A DNA stretch of 64,000 bases, from assembly GCA_964016885.1 (NCBI GenBank), contig OZ024759.1:24986001-25050000 (forward strand). The letters run 5' to 3'. How positions within the stretch are numbered: the first letter of the stretch is position 1; every line of letters begins with the position of its first letter. Source of the DNA: Eledone cirrhosa (Eukaryota). The notes under the pieces were generated by a model. That model had not been told where the DNA came from, ran no database searches, and saw nothing but the letters and a program-made list of their open reading frames with translations. Shown here piece by piece: positions 13,845-26,594 of this stretch. Position numbers and translations under genes: made by a program.

Positions 13845-13934
13845 CAAGGTGTCCCCAATAAATGTATACACCATTCTAATAAATAATGCCTGTACAGGTA
13901 ATAAAAGTGTGTATGCATTTTTTGAGACACCCTG
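13845..13934. mobile_element. 90-bp Tc1/mariner-type MITE
   Basis: Imperfect TIRs CAAGGTGTCCCCAATAAATGTATACAC / revcomp CAGGGTGTCTCAAAAAATGCATACAC; left flank TA inside a (TA)n tract, right flank TG. Confidence 0.75.
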
Positions 13935-13954
13935 TGTGTGTATATATATATTTT

Positions 13955-14293
13955 CATTTCATTTCATTTCATTTAACGTCCACTTTTCCCTGCTTGCAAG
14001 GGTGAGACGGGAACTGATTTGGCTTGATTTCTACAGCTGGATGCCCTTCCTAACACCAACCTCATTTACAGTGAGTGCTGGGTGCTTTTTTGCCGTGGCA
14101 CCTCCACGACCACTTTGCAGTGGAATGATATGGACCCCAGTCCCTATCATCTCATTTCTACAGCTGAGTAAACTGGAGCAATGTGAAATAAAGTGTCTTG
14201 CTCAAGGAAACAACACATCACCCGGTCTGAGAATTGAACTCACAACCTTTCGATTGCAAGGCCAATGCTCTAACCACTGAGCCATGTGCCTCC
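13955..14293 (-). mobile_element. Full-length SINE-B copy, near-identical to 19365-19710
   Basis: Revcomp matches over ~330 bp; the two translated pseudo-ORFs (MPFLTPTSFTVSAGCFFAVAPPRPL...) differ at only a few residues. Confidence 0.9.
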
Positions 14294-14339
14294 ATATATA
14301 TATATATATTTATTTATATATATATATACATAAATATTC

Positions 14340-14900
14340 AAAACAACGAACAGCGGAGGACGCGTTTCGCACCTTTCCGACAGACAACCTTTCCCCCACC
14401 CCTGAAAAAAAACCCAGTTGATGGATGTGAATCCGAAATATATAGGGACAATTAAATCTCTCCCAAGGTAACTCTCTCTCGTGTTGTTATTTTTATTTTA
14501 TCCTTTATGCTCTTTCCTTCATTCCTCTACACATCTTATACACACCACGCATCTCAACGTACACCCACTTACATATCTCTCTCCACCACTGGATCTTGTT
14601 ACCCGGAGATTTACCCATTTGCATTGTCGAGGCTTCCAAACGACTTAAAGAAATTTACCTTATTATTCCACAATGCTTCCAGCAAACTTCAATACTCTCT
14701 TATACATAAATGTTTATTTTTCTTAGAACCTAACTAATAATTGTTTGTGAAAACCACCGCATATTGACAGAATTGTAAATATCTTCTGCGATTTTTTTAT
14801 GACTTTTTTGTTGCAATATATATGTTTTTAACGCTAAATTATTAATAACAATATTCCATATTTGCTGGCCTATTGGAATCCCCTTTGCATGAGACGCTCC
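14340..14900. mobile_element. Probable Penelope-like element relic
   Basis: CpG-containing block with two degenerate hammerhead-like motifs (revcomp CGAAACGCGTC at 14359-14369; CCCCTGAAAA...GGATGTGAATCCGAAATATATAGGG at 14398-14447). No RT or GIY-YIG motif recognised. Confidence 0.35.
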
Positions 14901-14949
14901 CTCTTTTTTGTATTATATTTTATGTTATATTTTGTTGTTTATTGATATA

Positions 14950-15036
14950 TTTATGGACCACGTCCAATATTCGTGGTTTTCCACTCTTTGCAGGTGCTCT
15001 AGGAATGTAACCCCCGCGAATGCCAGGGGACAACTT
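14950..15036 (-). mobile_element. Tigger/pogo-like MITE end fragment
   Basis: Revcomp GTCCCCTGGCATTCGCGGGGGTTACATTCC...GAAAACCACGAATA resembles Tigger/MER2-type termini (recalled, not aligned). Confidence 0.45.
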
Positions 15037-15177
15037 TATATATAATGAAAGAAATGACAAACACAGAGATATACAAAGCTTAATGTTATTATGTTCACGC
15101 TTCGAATGAAGGAGAGAAAAAAAGGAAAATCGCCGGATCGGACTTCAGCCCTTCGTCAGGAGAGTACAAGAAGAAAC

Positions 15178-15718
15178 CCACTAAACAACCAACTAACCCA
15201 CCAACTAATCCATTAACCCACTAACCAACCAACCAACTAACCCACCAACCAAGCAACCGTACAACCAACCCGCCAACCAAAGAACTACCCAACCAACCAA
15301 CCCACCAACCAACCCACCAGCCCACCAACCAACCAAAGAACTACCCAACCAACCAACCAAACAACCAACTAACCACTCAACCACCCCACCAATCAACCAA
15401 CCAAACAACCAGCCAAAGAACCACCCAACCAACTAACCACCCAACCACACAACCAACCCACCAGCCAACCACCCAACATACCACCCAACCAACTAACCAC
15501 CCAACCATCCAACTTACCACCCAACCAACTAACCACCCAACCCACCAGCTCACCAATCAACCAACCAAACAACCAACCAAAGAACTGCCCAACCAACTAA
15601 CCACCCAACTAACCCACCAGCCAACCACCCAACTAATCACCCAACCACCCAACCAACCCACCAGCCAACCACCCAACCAACCAACCAACCAGCCAACTAC
15701 CCAACTAACCAACCAATC
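15178..15718 (+). repeat. Degenerate (CCAA)n microsatellite
   Basis: Direct inspection. Confidence 0.9.
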
Positions 15719-16602
15719 AGTGAAGAATGAAATCCTCTGTTAGTAGAACAAAACCTGAACTAAATCAATGTTGGTCTAAAAATAATACTTTCTAAGAAAA
15801 CTTCAAAGATTTAAATTAATGAAGTTTTAAGGAAAAAAAATCATGTAAAGAAAGGTTAAAAGTCCAATATTTTAGAAAATTGGGGGAGAGGGGTGGAGGA
15901 AGGGAGCTAGGGTTTTAATTTTAACTTCTTATTCCTTCTTCCTCTTCTAGCTGTTGTGCGGGTGGGTGCGGGAGGGTGTTGTGGTGTTTGTGTGCATGTA
16001 TGGGTGCATGTGTGTGTGAGTGAATGTTTGTGCATGTTTGTGCATGCGTGTGTACATGCATGCATGTATGTGTACATGTTCATACATGTATGTAGATACA
16101 TGTACAGGCATGCACATATACATTCATACGTATGTGTGAGTGCATGTATGTCTTCATGCATGTATATGTGAGTGTATATATGTGCGTGCATGTGAGTGCA
16201 TGCATGTGTAAGTGTATGTGTGTGTGCATGTGTGTGTGAGTGCACATATACGTTCATGCATGTGTATGTGAGAGTATATATGTGTGTGCATGTGAGTGCA
16301 TGCATGTGTAAGTGTATGTGTGTGTGCATGTGTGTGTGAGTGCACATATACGTTCATGCATGTGTATGTGAGTGTATATATGTGCATGTGTGAGTGAGTG
16401 CATGCATGTGTAAGTGTATGTTTGTGTGTGCATGTGTGTGTGAGTGCACATATACGTTCATGCATGTGTGTGTTCATGCATGTGTATGTGAGTGTATATA
16501 TGTGTGTGCATGTGTGAGTGAGTGCATGTATGTGTCTACTTGTCTCTCTCTTCCTCTATCCCTGATAAATGAAACAAAACACAACAACAACAACAACAAC
16601 AA

Positions 16603-16642
<40 letters not shown>

Positions 16643-16962
16643 GTTTGTTTTGTTAAGAGTGAGAGAACTACAGTGAATGGTGAGATAAAAATATGAGATT
16701 GAACTAATGAATAAGGTGGGGTGGGGGAAGAGGGGGGTGCGGTGGAAAAAAAGGAAACACGAAGTGTAAGGAGGCGGGGGGAGGAGGTGAAGGAAGAGGT
16801 GTAAGGGGAGGGGAAGGAAGATGAGATGGTGAAGAGAGAGGAAGTGAGGAGAATGGGAGGAGGAGGTGTAGGTTAAACATACATACACAAAAAAATTGTA
16901 TTTAAAATATTTCAATGACATCAGCAATGAGCAATACTGAAAAAAACAATATAAATGTTAAT

Positions 16963-17538
16963 GTATGGAAGACCTGATGTAGAGGTTGATGTATGGAAGA
17001 CCTGATGTAGAGGTTGATGTATGGAAGACCTGATGTAGAGGTTGATGTATGGAAGACCTGATGTAGAGGTTGGTGTATGGAAGACCTGATGTAGAGGTTG
17101 ATGTATGGAAGACCTGATGTAGAGGTTGGTGTATGGAAGACCTGATGTAGAGGTTGGTGTATGGAAGACCTGATGTAGAGGTTGGTGTATGGAAGACCTG
17201 ATGTAGAGATTGGTGTATGGAAGACCTGATGTAGAGGTTGGTGTATGGAAGACCTGATGTAGAGGTTGATGTATGGAAGACCTGATGTAGGGGTTGGTGT
17301 ATAGAAGAGATGATGATGTATGGAAGACCTGATATAGAGGTTGATGTATGGAAGACCTGATATAGAGGTTGATTTACGGAAGACTTGATGTAGAGGTTGA
17401 TGTATGGAAGACCTGATGTAGAGGTTGATGTATGGAAGACTTCATGTAGAAATTGATGTATGGAAGAGACAATGATATATGGAAGACATGATGTAGATGT
17501 ATGGAAGATATAATGTAGATGATGATGTATGGAAGACA
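16963..17538 (+). repeat. 28-bp minisatellite (GTATGGAAGACCTGATGTAGAGGTTGRT) x ~20, decaying rightwards
   Basis: Direct inspection. Confidence 0.95.
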
Positions 17539-17892
17539 AAAAGTGCCCAATCCATATGGTAAAGTGGCTATGTATGTATCACAACAAAATATGCCCAGGT
17601 CATGTGGTAAAGTGATCATGTAGGTGTCACAACAAAAAGCAACCAGTTCACACTGTAAGGTGGTCGTATAGGTCACAAAAAAGCACCCATTACACACTGT
17701 AAATGTGGTTGGTGTTAGGAAGGGTATCCAGTTGTAGAAACTAAACCAAAAACAGTTCTGTAGGAGCAAGCAAGAAATGGTAACCTGATCTGACTTGTCT
17801 CACGATGGGACAATTCGACTAGCCCAAGCTAGCTTGGAAAATGGACGTTAAACAATGATGAATATGATGACGATATATATATATAGATATAT

Positions 17893-17925
<33 letters not shown>

Positions 17926-19328
17926 CATACATATACATATATATATATATATACATACATACATATACACATATATACATACCTTTATATATATATACAT
18001 GCATACATACATATATACATATATATACATATATACATACCTTTATATATATATACATACACATATATATATATACATACACACACATATATATATACAT
18101 ACACACATATATATATATATATACATACACACATATATATATATATATACATACACACACATACATATATAAATATATATATATATATATACACACACAC
18201 ATATACATTCATATATATATATATATATGTACAAACATCTATACAAACATATATATATATCGAATAATCCCTTTGAAACATGTTGTATGAAGTTAATTCT
18301 GAAAGAGCAGAGATAAGTCGAGAGGGCATATGATGGTAAAATGGTAGAGTTTCATGCAGTAATCTTTCTAAAACTATTCCTGCAAGCAGAAAGAGTTTTT
18401 CAAAGGATCTTCATTGTATTGAAAAATGTGGCAAGCAGACAACATTCTTTGCACACAAAAGACAGAAAACCAAAATCAACGAAGAATGGAGCATGATGAC
18501 AATAACACAACCATGATTCAGATGGGTCTGTGACGGTGATGGTGGTGGTGTGTGTGTGTTGGTGGTGTGTGTGTGTGTTGGTGGTGGTGTGTGTGTGATG
18601 GTGATGGTGATGGTGATGCTGGTGTGTGTGTAATGGTGGTGGTGGTGGTTTGTGTGTGTGTGTTGGTGGTGTGATGGTGATGTGTGTGTGTGTTGGTGGT
18701 GGTGTGTGTGTGTTGGTGGTGGTGTGTGTTGGTGTGTTGGTGTGATGATGTTGGTGGGTGTTTGTGAGTGTTGGTGTGGTGTGTGTGATGGTAGTGTGTG
18801 TGTATTGGTGTGATGTTGGTAAGTGTGTTGGGCTGGGAGTATTTGTGTGATATTGCTGGTGTAGATGTATATGTGTACATATTGGTGTACATGTGTAAAT
18901 ATTTTGATGTTGTGCATGTGTGTGTACGAGTATGTATTAGTGTACATGTGTGTGTTAGTATACATGTATGTGTGTTAGTATACATATATGTGTGTTAGTG
19001 TACATGCATGTGTGTGTGTGTTGGTGGACAGGCCCCTGTTTATGTGAATGTGTTTAAGATAGATAGGCATTGATCACTATCCAAGAAAGACCTTATCTGA
19101 TAAGAAGAAGAAGGTGAATAAGACATTGGGCTTGAAAAGACCTGTCCAACTCAGGCAATGATGGAAAATCACATGTCAGATTGTGATGATGATGATGATT
19201 GCATCAGGTGTTTGTAAACAATAGCATTGTTAGTCATAATGTTATAGTGCATTAATCACTGGATAACTCGATATGTGTGTGTGTATGTGTGCATGTGTGT
19301 GTGAGTAAGTGTGTGTGTGTATGTATGA

Positions 19329-19364
<36 letters not shown>

Positions 19365-19366
<2 letters not shown>

Positions 19367-19710
19367 GAGGCACATGGCTTAGTGGTTAGAGCATTGGGTT
19401 TGCAATCGAAAGGTTGTGAGTTCAATTCTCAGAACGGGTGATGTGTTGTTTCCTTGAGCAAGACACTTTATTTCCCATTGCTCCAGTTTACTCAGCTGTA
19501 GAAATGAGATGATAGTGACTGGGGTCCATATCATTCCACTGTAAAGTGGTCGTGGAGGTGCCACGGCAAAAAAGCACCCAGCACTCACTGTAAATGAAGT
19601 TGGTGTTAGGAAGGGCATCCAGCTGTAGAAATCAAGCCAGAATCAGTTCCCGTCCCACCCTTGCAAGCAGCGAAAAGCGGACGTAAAATGATGATGATGT
19701 TGATGATGAT
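19365..19710 (+). mobile_element. Full-length CORE-type tRNA SINE with RTE-derived tail (SINE-B)
   Basis: tRNA head GGAGGCACATGGCTTAGTGGTTAGAGC...GTGAGTTCAATTC, CORE-like CCTTGAGCAAGACACTT...CAGCTGTAGAAATGAG, tail CCCTTGCAAGCAGCGAAAAGCGGACGTAAAATGATGATG nearly identical to the LINE end at 12070-12110. Confidence 0.9.
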
Positions 19711-20429
19711 AAACAATAGACACCAAATATACTAAATGATGATTTACGAATGTTTCATTCCCTTTCTGAGACTTGTCAAAATCACTTATTTAAGATTGAA
19801 ACCTCATAATAATCTCACCAAAACACTCGACAGCCAGCAGCCGAGTTTGTATACATGCTTTTTAAGGAAAATTCTTTCAAAGAAGTATGAAACATAGCCT
19901 TTTGTACTGCTTACTATCATAAATTACTCTATTTTGAGCTGTGTTTAACTTCTCCACCTATATTTCTAATTTTTTATATTATTTTTGTAAAAAACAATGT
20001 CTATTTCATATATATATATATATTGTACGGATTGTAAAGTCAAGTTACTGTTGGTTTACTTTTTAAAGCTGTATGCGAAGCATTCTGTCATTATACAAAC
20101 AGAAGTCAGATGAGCTTTTGAATCCAGAGTCGGACATGATTGATAAAGATCAAACCTTGAGCTGATAAATCGTGTAATGCGCATCACACCTGAATAAACT
20201 TATATACTTATTATTACTATATATATGGTGGTGGATTGGCAGTATCGGTAGAGGGTCTGAAGCCATGCTTTGCAGCAAAGAGTTATATGTTCCTTTATGG
20301 TCTGAGTTCAAAACCCGCCGAGGTTAACTTTGCCTTTCATCCTTATGGGGTCGATAAAATAAAGCACCAGTAATACATTGGGACAATTACTGGCCTTGTG
20401 CCAAAAGTAGAAACAATTATAACTATATA

Positions 20430-21710
20430 CGAGGGGAGATCAAAAAGTTCGAGTAATTTTTCAGAAAATATTCTATTTTTCAAAAAATATGATTTACCTT
20501 CAATTATTTTTCTACATAGTTGCCATCCAGGTCAATACACTTCACAAGGCGATGCTTCCAGCTTCGTAAGCCGTCTCTAAAGAAAGTTGAAGGCCTTGTT
20601 CGAAGCCATGTGTTGGCAGTGTTTTTAGCTTCTTCAACACCACTAAAACAGGTTCCTTTTAGCATTTCTTTGAGTTTTGGAAAGAGGAAAAAGTCTGATG
20701 GGGCTAAATCTGAACTATAAGGCGGGTGAGGAAGCACTTCCCATCGAAATTCTCGAAGAACTTCTTTTGCAACCCGCGCAGAATCCGCTGATGCATTGTC
20801 ATGGTCAAACAAGATACCACCATGAAGTTTCTCTTTTCATTTCTTGACTAATGCCTCTTTCAGTTTCCTTAAAACATTTGCATAGTAAGCTCCTGTCACA
20901 GTTCTTTGACCTTCAAGATAATCTATTAGTATCACCCCATCTGAATCCCATAAAATGGTGGCCATCACTTTTTGATCTGACTTTTGAGATTTGAACTTGA
21001 TTGGCCCCGATGATCCATGTGGAAGCCACTCTTTTGACTGCTGTTTGGATTCAGGATCATACTGGTAGATCCAGGTTTCATCTCCGGTGATGATTCTGGT
21101 CAGGAAATGCTCTTCATCAACTTCAATTTTGTTTAATATCACCAAAGACAGATCACTTCGAAGAATCAGCTGATCAGGGCGCAACGCTTTTGGGACCCAT
21201 CGCACTGAAAGCTTGCTTAGTCCCAAATTATCGTGCTAAATGTCTAGGGATTTAGCTAACTGATTAACTGTTATTCTTAGATCTTCTTCAATCTTCTTCG
21301 ATCTTCTGAGAAGCCTCAACGTTTGGTCATTTTTTGATGTTCCTAATCTTCCACTGCGATGGTCGTCTCTCCTTTGTTTGAATCGCTGAATCCACTTGTA
21401 GACAGCAGTTTTCTTTGGAGCAGTAGTACCGTAAACTTTAACTAAAGCCTCCATAATCTGTGTCCCTTTCCATTTGAGTTTCACCAGAAACTTGATATTC
21501 GATCTTATCTCAAAATAACTATTTTCCATTGTTCCAAAAAGAGGTTTTTTAAAGTGTGTCAGTACTGTACAATAGTCCACGCATCACTGACTGCAAGTGA
21601 CTAATAGCAAGGGAAACACCAAGTGACAATGTTCTGACATGTTTATTATTGTTTTAACCTCTTTTTTTCTTACTACGATAAATTTCCGCGAACTTTTTGA
21701 TCCCCCCTCG
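20430..21710 (-). mobile_element. Full-length mariner (DD34D) DNA transposon, ~1281 bp, inactive
   Basis: TIRs CGAGGGGAGATCAAAAAGTTCG (from 20430) and revcomp CGAGGGGGGATCAAAAAGTTCG (ending 21710), 21/22 identical; TA on both sides (20428-29, 21711-12); encloses transposase fragments. Confidence 0.96.
20504..21580 (-). pseudogene. Frameshifted mariner transposase in three ORF pieces (21236-21580, 20837-21226, 20504-20812)
   Basis: N-terminal HTH region (IRSNIKFLVKL...TAVYKWIQRFK), WVPKAL (WVPHEL-like), ITGDETW (D1), HDNA (D2) followed by exactly 34 residues to YSSDLAPSD (D3), FFLFPKLK. Confidence 0.95.
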
Positions 21711-21767
21711 TATATATACATATATATATATATATTGTGCCAAAAGTAGAAACAATTATAACTATGT

Positions 21768-21811
<44 letters not shown>

Positions 21812-21821
21812 TTATTTATTT

Positions 21822-21960
21822 ATTAAAATAACAGATTAAAGTTTAAGCCAAGAGTTACTGCTTTCACCCTTAACGGGATCTTCTGAAACTCTACGGCTTT
21901 TATATATATTTATATATATATATAATCCTAATCGAGCCATCTTCGGATTTTAGTCTTCAC
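21822..21960. repeat. Dispersed ~140-bp repeat (copies at 6715-6830 and, half-inverted, 42350-42502); possible Penelope terminal remnant
   Basis: ACAGATTAAAGTTTAAGC.AAGA...CTGCTTTCACCCT shared by all three; revcomp GAGTTTCAGAAGATCCCGTTAAGGGTGAAAGCAGTAACTC is hammerhead-like. Confidence 0.6.
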
Positions 21961-22074
21961 ATTTATTATTATTACTATATATATATATATATATATATTC
22001 AAAAAGTAAAAGGAAACAACAAAGCAAACAACACAATACAATACAATAAAGAAAGGCATCTCTAGGCATCTCTA

Positions 22075-22522
22075 GGCATCAGTAGGCATCTCTATCAAAA
22101 CACACCCCCGTCCCACCACCTCCACCCCACCCACACCACCCCTTTCAATGTAAAGTTATGTTGGTCCCACAACATCCAGGCCGAAACAAATGAGATCGTG
22201 TAGGTGTCACGACAAAAAACACACAGTCCACGCTGTAAATGTGGCCGTGTAGGCAACACGGTAAAAACCTCCCAGCTGTAGAAAACCCGCCAGACAGTCC
22301 ACGCTGTAATGTGGCCGTGTAGGCAACACGGTAAAAACCTCCCAGCCCCACACTGTAAATGTGGTTGGTGTTAGGAAGGGCATCCAACTGTAGAAAACCC
22401 GCCAGACAGTCCTATGCGAGCAAGACAACCACTCTTGCCTCAAGTGGGAAAACCCCCGTCCAAACCCATGCAAGCGTGGAACACGGACGCTAAACCTGAT
22501 GATGATGATGATGATGATGATG
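22075..22522 (+). mobile_element. Composite repeat: non-tRNA 5' block joined to a SINE-B/RTE-type 3' tail; second copy at 41269-41628
   Basis: CAGTAGGCATCTCTA.CAAAA.ACACCCCCGTCCCACCAC...GGCCGAAACAAATGAGATCGTGTAGGTGTCACGAC... through to (GAT)n is shared by both loci. Confidence 0.75.
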
Positions 22523-22565
22523 AAAGAAAAATACTAGTTTAATGCTTGATATAGTAGGAAAAGAG

Positions 22566-22601
22566 TCTTAACGTTTCAGACACTAGTCCTTCATCAGAAG
22601 A
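22566..22601 (-). ncRNA. Minimal type I hammerhead ribozyme motif (Penelope-type)
   Basis: Revcomp UCUU-CUGAUGA-A-GGAC(UAGU)GUCU-GAA-ACGU-U-AAGA: intact core boxes, 4-bp stem II, loopless palindromic stem III, 4-bp stem I. Confidence 0.65.
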
Positions 22602-22672
22602 TAGAATGAGAAATAAAAGATGAAATAAAAAGATATAGAGTGAGAAGAGGGAGGAAGGGAAAAATAAAATGT

Positions 22673-22715
<43 letters not shown>

Positions 22716-22745
22716 CTATGTAATTATTATAAATGATAGACTTAC

Positions 22746-22798
22746 CTGTCTATTAGTCATTTCCATTTCAATTTTTGAAATTCCATTGTTAACAATAA
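22746..22798 (-). other. Candidate 53-nt spliced exon of an unidentified minus-strand transcript
   Basis: ttttatttccattttgtttcag|TTATTG...AGACAG|gtaagt: consensus acceptor and donor in unique sequence; one frame open (IVNNGISKIEMEMTNRQ). Confidence 0.4.
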
Positions 22799-23618
22799 CT
22801 GAAACAAAATGGAAATAAAATATAGAACTTGGAATAATGTTGAACTGTTTCAAAACTGTTAACACACAGTAAACAGAACTACATGGTGAACAGAACTATA
22901 TATATAGTTTAACTGTGAATATAAAATGAACAGAAAAACACACAGTGGACAGAACTACACAGTGAACAGTATTGCACAGTGAACGAACTACACAGAGAAC
23001 AAAACTACACAGTGAACAGAATCACATAGTATTACACAGTGAACAAAACAACACTATGACTGTATCACATTAAATATTAACGCTTCTACTAAAATACTGC
23101 AAATTTTCACAACATTCTCTCCAGTAGTAAAGATACAATAAACATTTGAATTCACAAAACTGCTTTTAGAAAAATTTCCACTATATCTCATTATAGGATG
23201 TTAAGAGTGAATACTGCAAATTTTCACAATATTCTGTCCACTAGTAAAGATACTATAAATTTGAATTGACAAACCTGTTCTCCGATATTTTCTGCTTAAT
23301 TATTAGAGGATGTTAGGAGTTAAGATACTGGAAATATAATCAGGATTTTTAGGTTAAATCCCTTGCATAGATTGTCAAGTTTTGGCAACACATTATATTC
23401 TACACATGCTCTATGGAACTCTGTGTAAGTACGCACGCGCACGTGTGTGTGTGAACATTTGAGTGTGTATGGTTTCCATCTCACTATATCATTGATGTCA
23501 GCACAAAAAATAAAAGGTATTATATCATATATATATATATATATATATATATAACCTGTGTATTTGCTGGCATTAGCGTACATTTGTGCGCTTATGTTAG
23601 TAGATATATTAAATTATC

Positions 23619-23651
<33 letters not shown>

Positions 23652-23666
23652 ATAAAATGAAGTGCA

Positions 23667-23710
<44 letters not shown>

Positions 23711-24964
23711 TTATATATATATATATTGTGTGTGTGTATATATATATATATGTATGTTTATATATATATGCATATATATCTCTATACATAACAAAAACTA
23801 AAACACACCTACACAAACACTTACTGCTATTACTACTACAACAATCATCATCATCATCATCGTATAGACCTAACATAAGTCATATCAGTATGGAGCAAGG
23901 GTAGGTAACTGAGACAGGGGGGAAGGTAGTAAGGGTGGGTGGCAGGTCAGGAAACCCGGGGCAGAAATTAACGTTTTTATTCATATTTACTTATCTATCT
24001 ATTTTTTTTTTTAAAGTTGTAATTAATACAATTACAATAAAGGCATGTATGGTGGGGGGGGGGGGGGATAATTGATAACAGAAATGATCAAAGAATAAAA
24101 ATATTACAAAATATGTTAAAATTAACAACAACAGCCCTCTCCACCAATATGGAGTACTAATGTATTTTCACTAAGTTCTTAAGTTCAATAAAAGTGTTTG
24201 GTTTGGTTTGGTTTGATTTCTGTATTTTGATTTTATTTTCTACTACCATTGTTTTTGTTTATTATTTATTCTATATTGCTGTGGGTTTTTATTATTAATT
24301 TATTATTTATTTCATATTGCTATTTGTTATTTCAATTTATTATTTTTTTCTATTGCTATTTGTTATTTTAATATATTATTTATTATTTATTTTATATTGC
24401 CATTCATTATTTTAATATATATTTTTTTAATATTGCTTTTCATTATTTTAATATATTAATTATTATTTATTTTATATTACTATTTGTTATTTTAATTTAT
24501 TATATTTTATATTGCTATTATTTTCGTATTTTCATTATATTTTATGTTGCTATTATTTTTGTATTTTTATTATATTTTATATTGTATTTTTATTATATTT
24601 TATATTGCTATTCATTTATATCTATTTATATTTTTATTTTTATTTTCATTAAGCTTTGAATCTTTCCCAGTTTTTTTTTTTTTTTTACTTTTTCTCCAGC
24701 ATCGTAAGCAAAATGTGGTAGCACCTGATGGTGCCAAACTAGAAATAAATTAGATTTCAGACTGGAATGGGCCCCCATGAAACAGTCATGTATGATCCAA
24801 CTTAATGCAATAAACTGGTGGTGGGGGTGAAGGTGTTAGCGGTGGAGATAATGTGTGTGGGGGTGGTAGGGGAAGAGCTATAGGAGATCAATAACAGTCG
24901 TATTCACTGGATAACACACCTTTGATGTTGGTGGGGGAAGTCACATTAGATAGGTTATAGATAG

Positions 24965-25007
<43 letters not shown>

Positions 25008-26594
25008 GTCTAACCCATGCTAGCATGGAAGAACGGACGTAAAACGGTGATGATGATGATGATGATGATGATATATACATGTATATATATATACATGTAT
25101 ATATATGTATAAATAAATATATATATATATATACATGTATATATATAAATATATATATATATACATGTATATATAAATATATAAATATATATATACATGT
25201 ATATATAAATATATATATATAGATATATATATACATGTATATATAAATATATATATAGATATATATATATGTATATATACATGTGTATAAATATATATAT
25301 ACATATATATACATATATTTACACACACACATATATAATATAAAATAAAACAAAAATAAACAAAAACAAATAAATAAATAAATGAATAAATAAATAATGT
25401 TCAGTGATTCATTTAGTGTAATAATTACCATATTAATTAGAAATTATTTATAATTGATATGGTTCTGCTTTCTCGGGCCTCACTAACGAGGAATCTACAG
25501 CAATATTGCAAGGAATATAATTAATTTAGTTAACACTTAGGATCTTGTAATGGACACGGCAGAAAATATCTGAAAATGTGGTTTGTTGATTCATGTCATC
25601 CTCACCATCACCCTCATCATCATTGTCGCCATCATTTTTATCATCATCATCATCATCATCATCATCATCGTCATTATTATCATCATCTTATCATAATTCT
25701 TGTTATCATCATTGTTGCCATCATTTTTATCATCATCATCATCATCATCGTCATTATTATCATCATCTTATCATAATTCTTGTTATCATCATTGATGTCA
25801 TCATCATCATCATCGTCGTAAATTATCATCATCACCATCATCATCATTATTATCATCCATTTAGCAGTGATGAAATGTTTATAGTATCTTTACTAGTAGA
25901 CAATTTGCAGTTTTAGAGTAAATACTTTAATATTTCAAATGATGTAGTCATAGTGTTGTTTTGTACATTTCAAGAATGTCTTGCTAATGTTCTTTCATGT
26001 GGTTTATTTTAAATGTTTATAGTATCTTTATTAGTGGAAAGATTGTTGTGATAATTTGCAGTGTTAGAGTAAAGACTTTAATATTTAATCTGATGCAGTC
26101 ATAGTGTTGTTTTGTACTTTTCAAATGTGGTTTCATGTGGTACAGGATGTTGTGAACATTTTCAGCATTAACTCTTAAAATCCTGTAATGAAATTTAGCA
26201 GAAAATATCTAAAAATGTGGGTTAATTTAAATGTTTATAATATCTTTCCTGGTGGACATGTGAAAATTTGCAGTAAACTGCAATAAAGACTTTAATATTT
26301 AATGTGATGCAGTCATAGTGGTTGTTTGGTACTTTTTAAGTATGTTTTGCTTATGTGGTTTTATAATAATAATAATATTAATAATATAAATTGTTTCTAC
26401 TTTTGGCACAAGGCCAGCAGTTACCCCAGTGCATTACTGGTACTTTATTTTAACGACGCCGTAAGGATGAAAGGCAAAGTTAACCTCAGAAGGATTTGAA
26501 CTCAGAACGCAGAGGGCCATAACTCTATGCTGCAAAACACGGTGTCTGACACTCTACCGATACTGTCAATCCACATAATAACAACAATAATAAT

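Noticed and set aside
16963-17538. 28-bp direct repeats resembling a CRISPR repeat in length
   Set aside because: Head-to-tail with no unique spacers, no cas genes, eukaryotic context.
19365-19437. tRNA-like sequence with A and B boxes
   Set aside because: It is the head of a SINE, continuing into the CORE domain and LINE tail; the acceptor stem does not close.
24700-24814. Plus-strand terminal-exon candidate (poly-T tract, CAG, HRKQNVVAPDGAKLEIN*, AATAAA)
   Set aside because: No recognisable homology or upstream partner exon; poly-T plus AG is common in this window.
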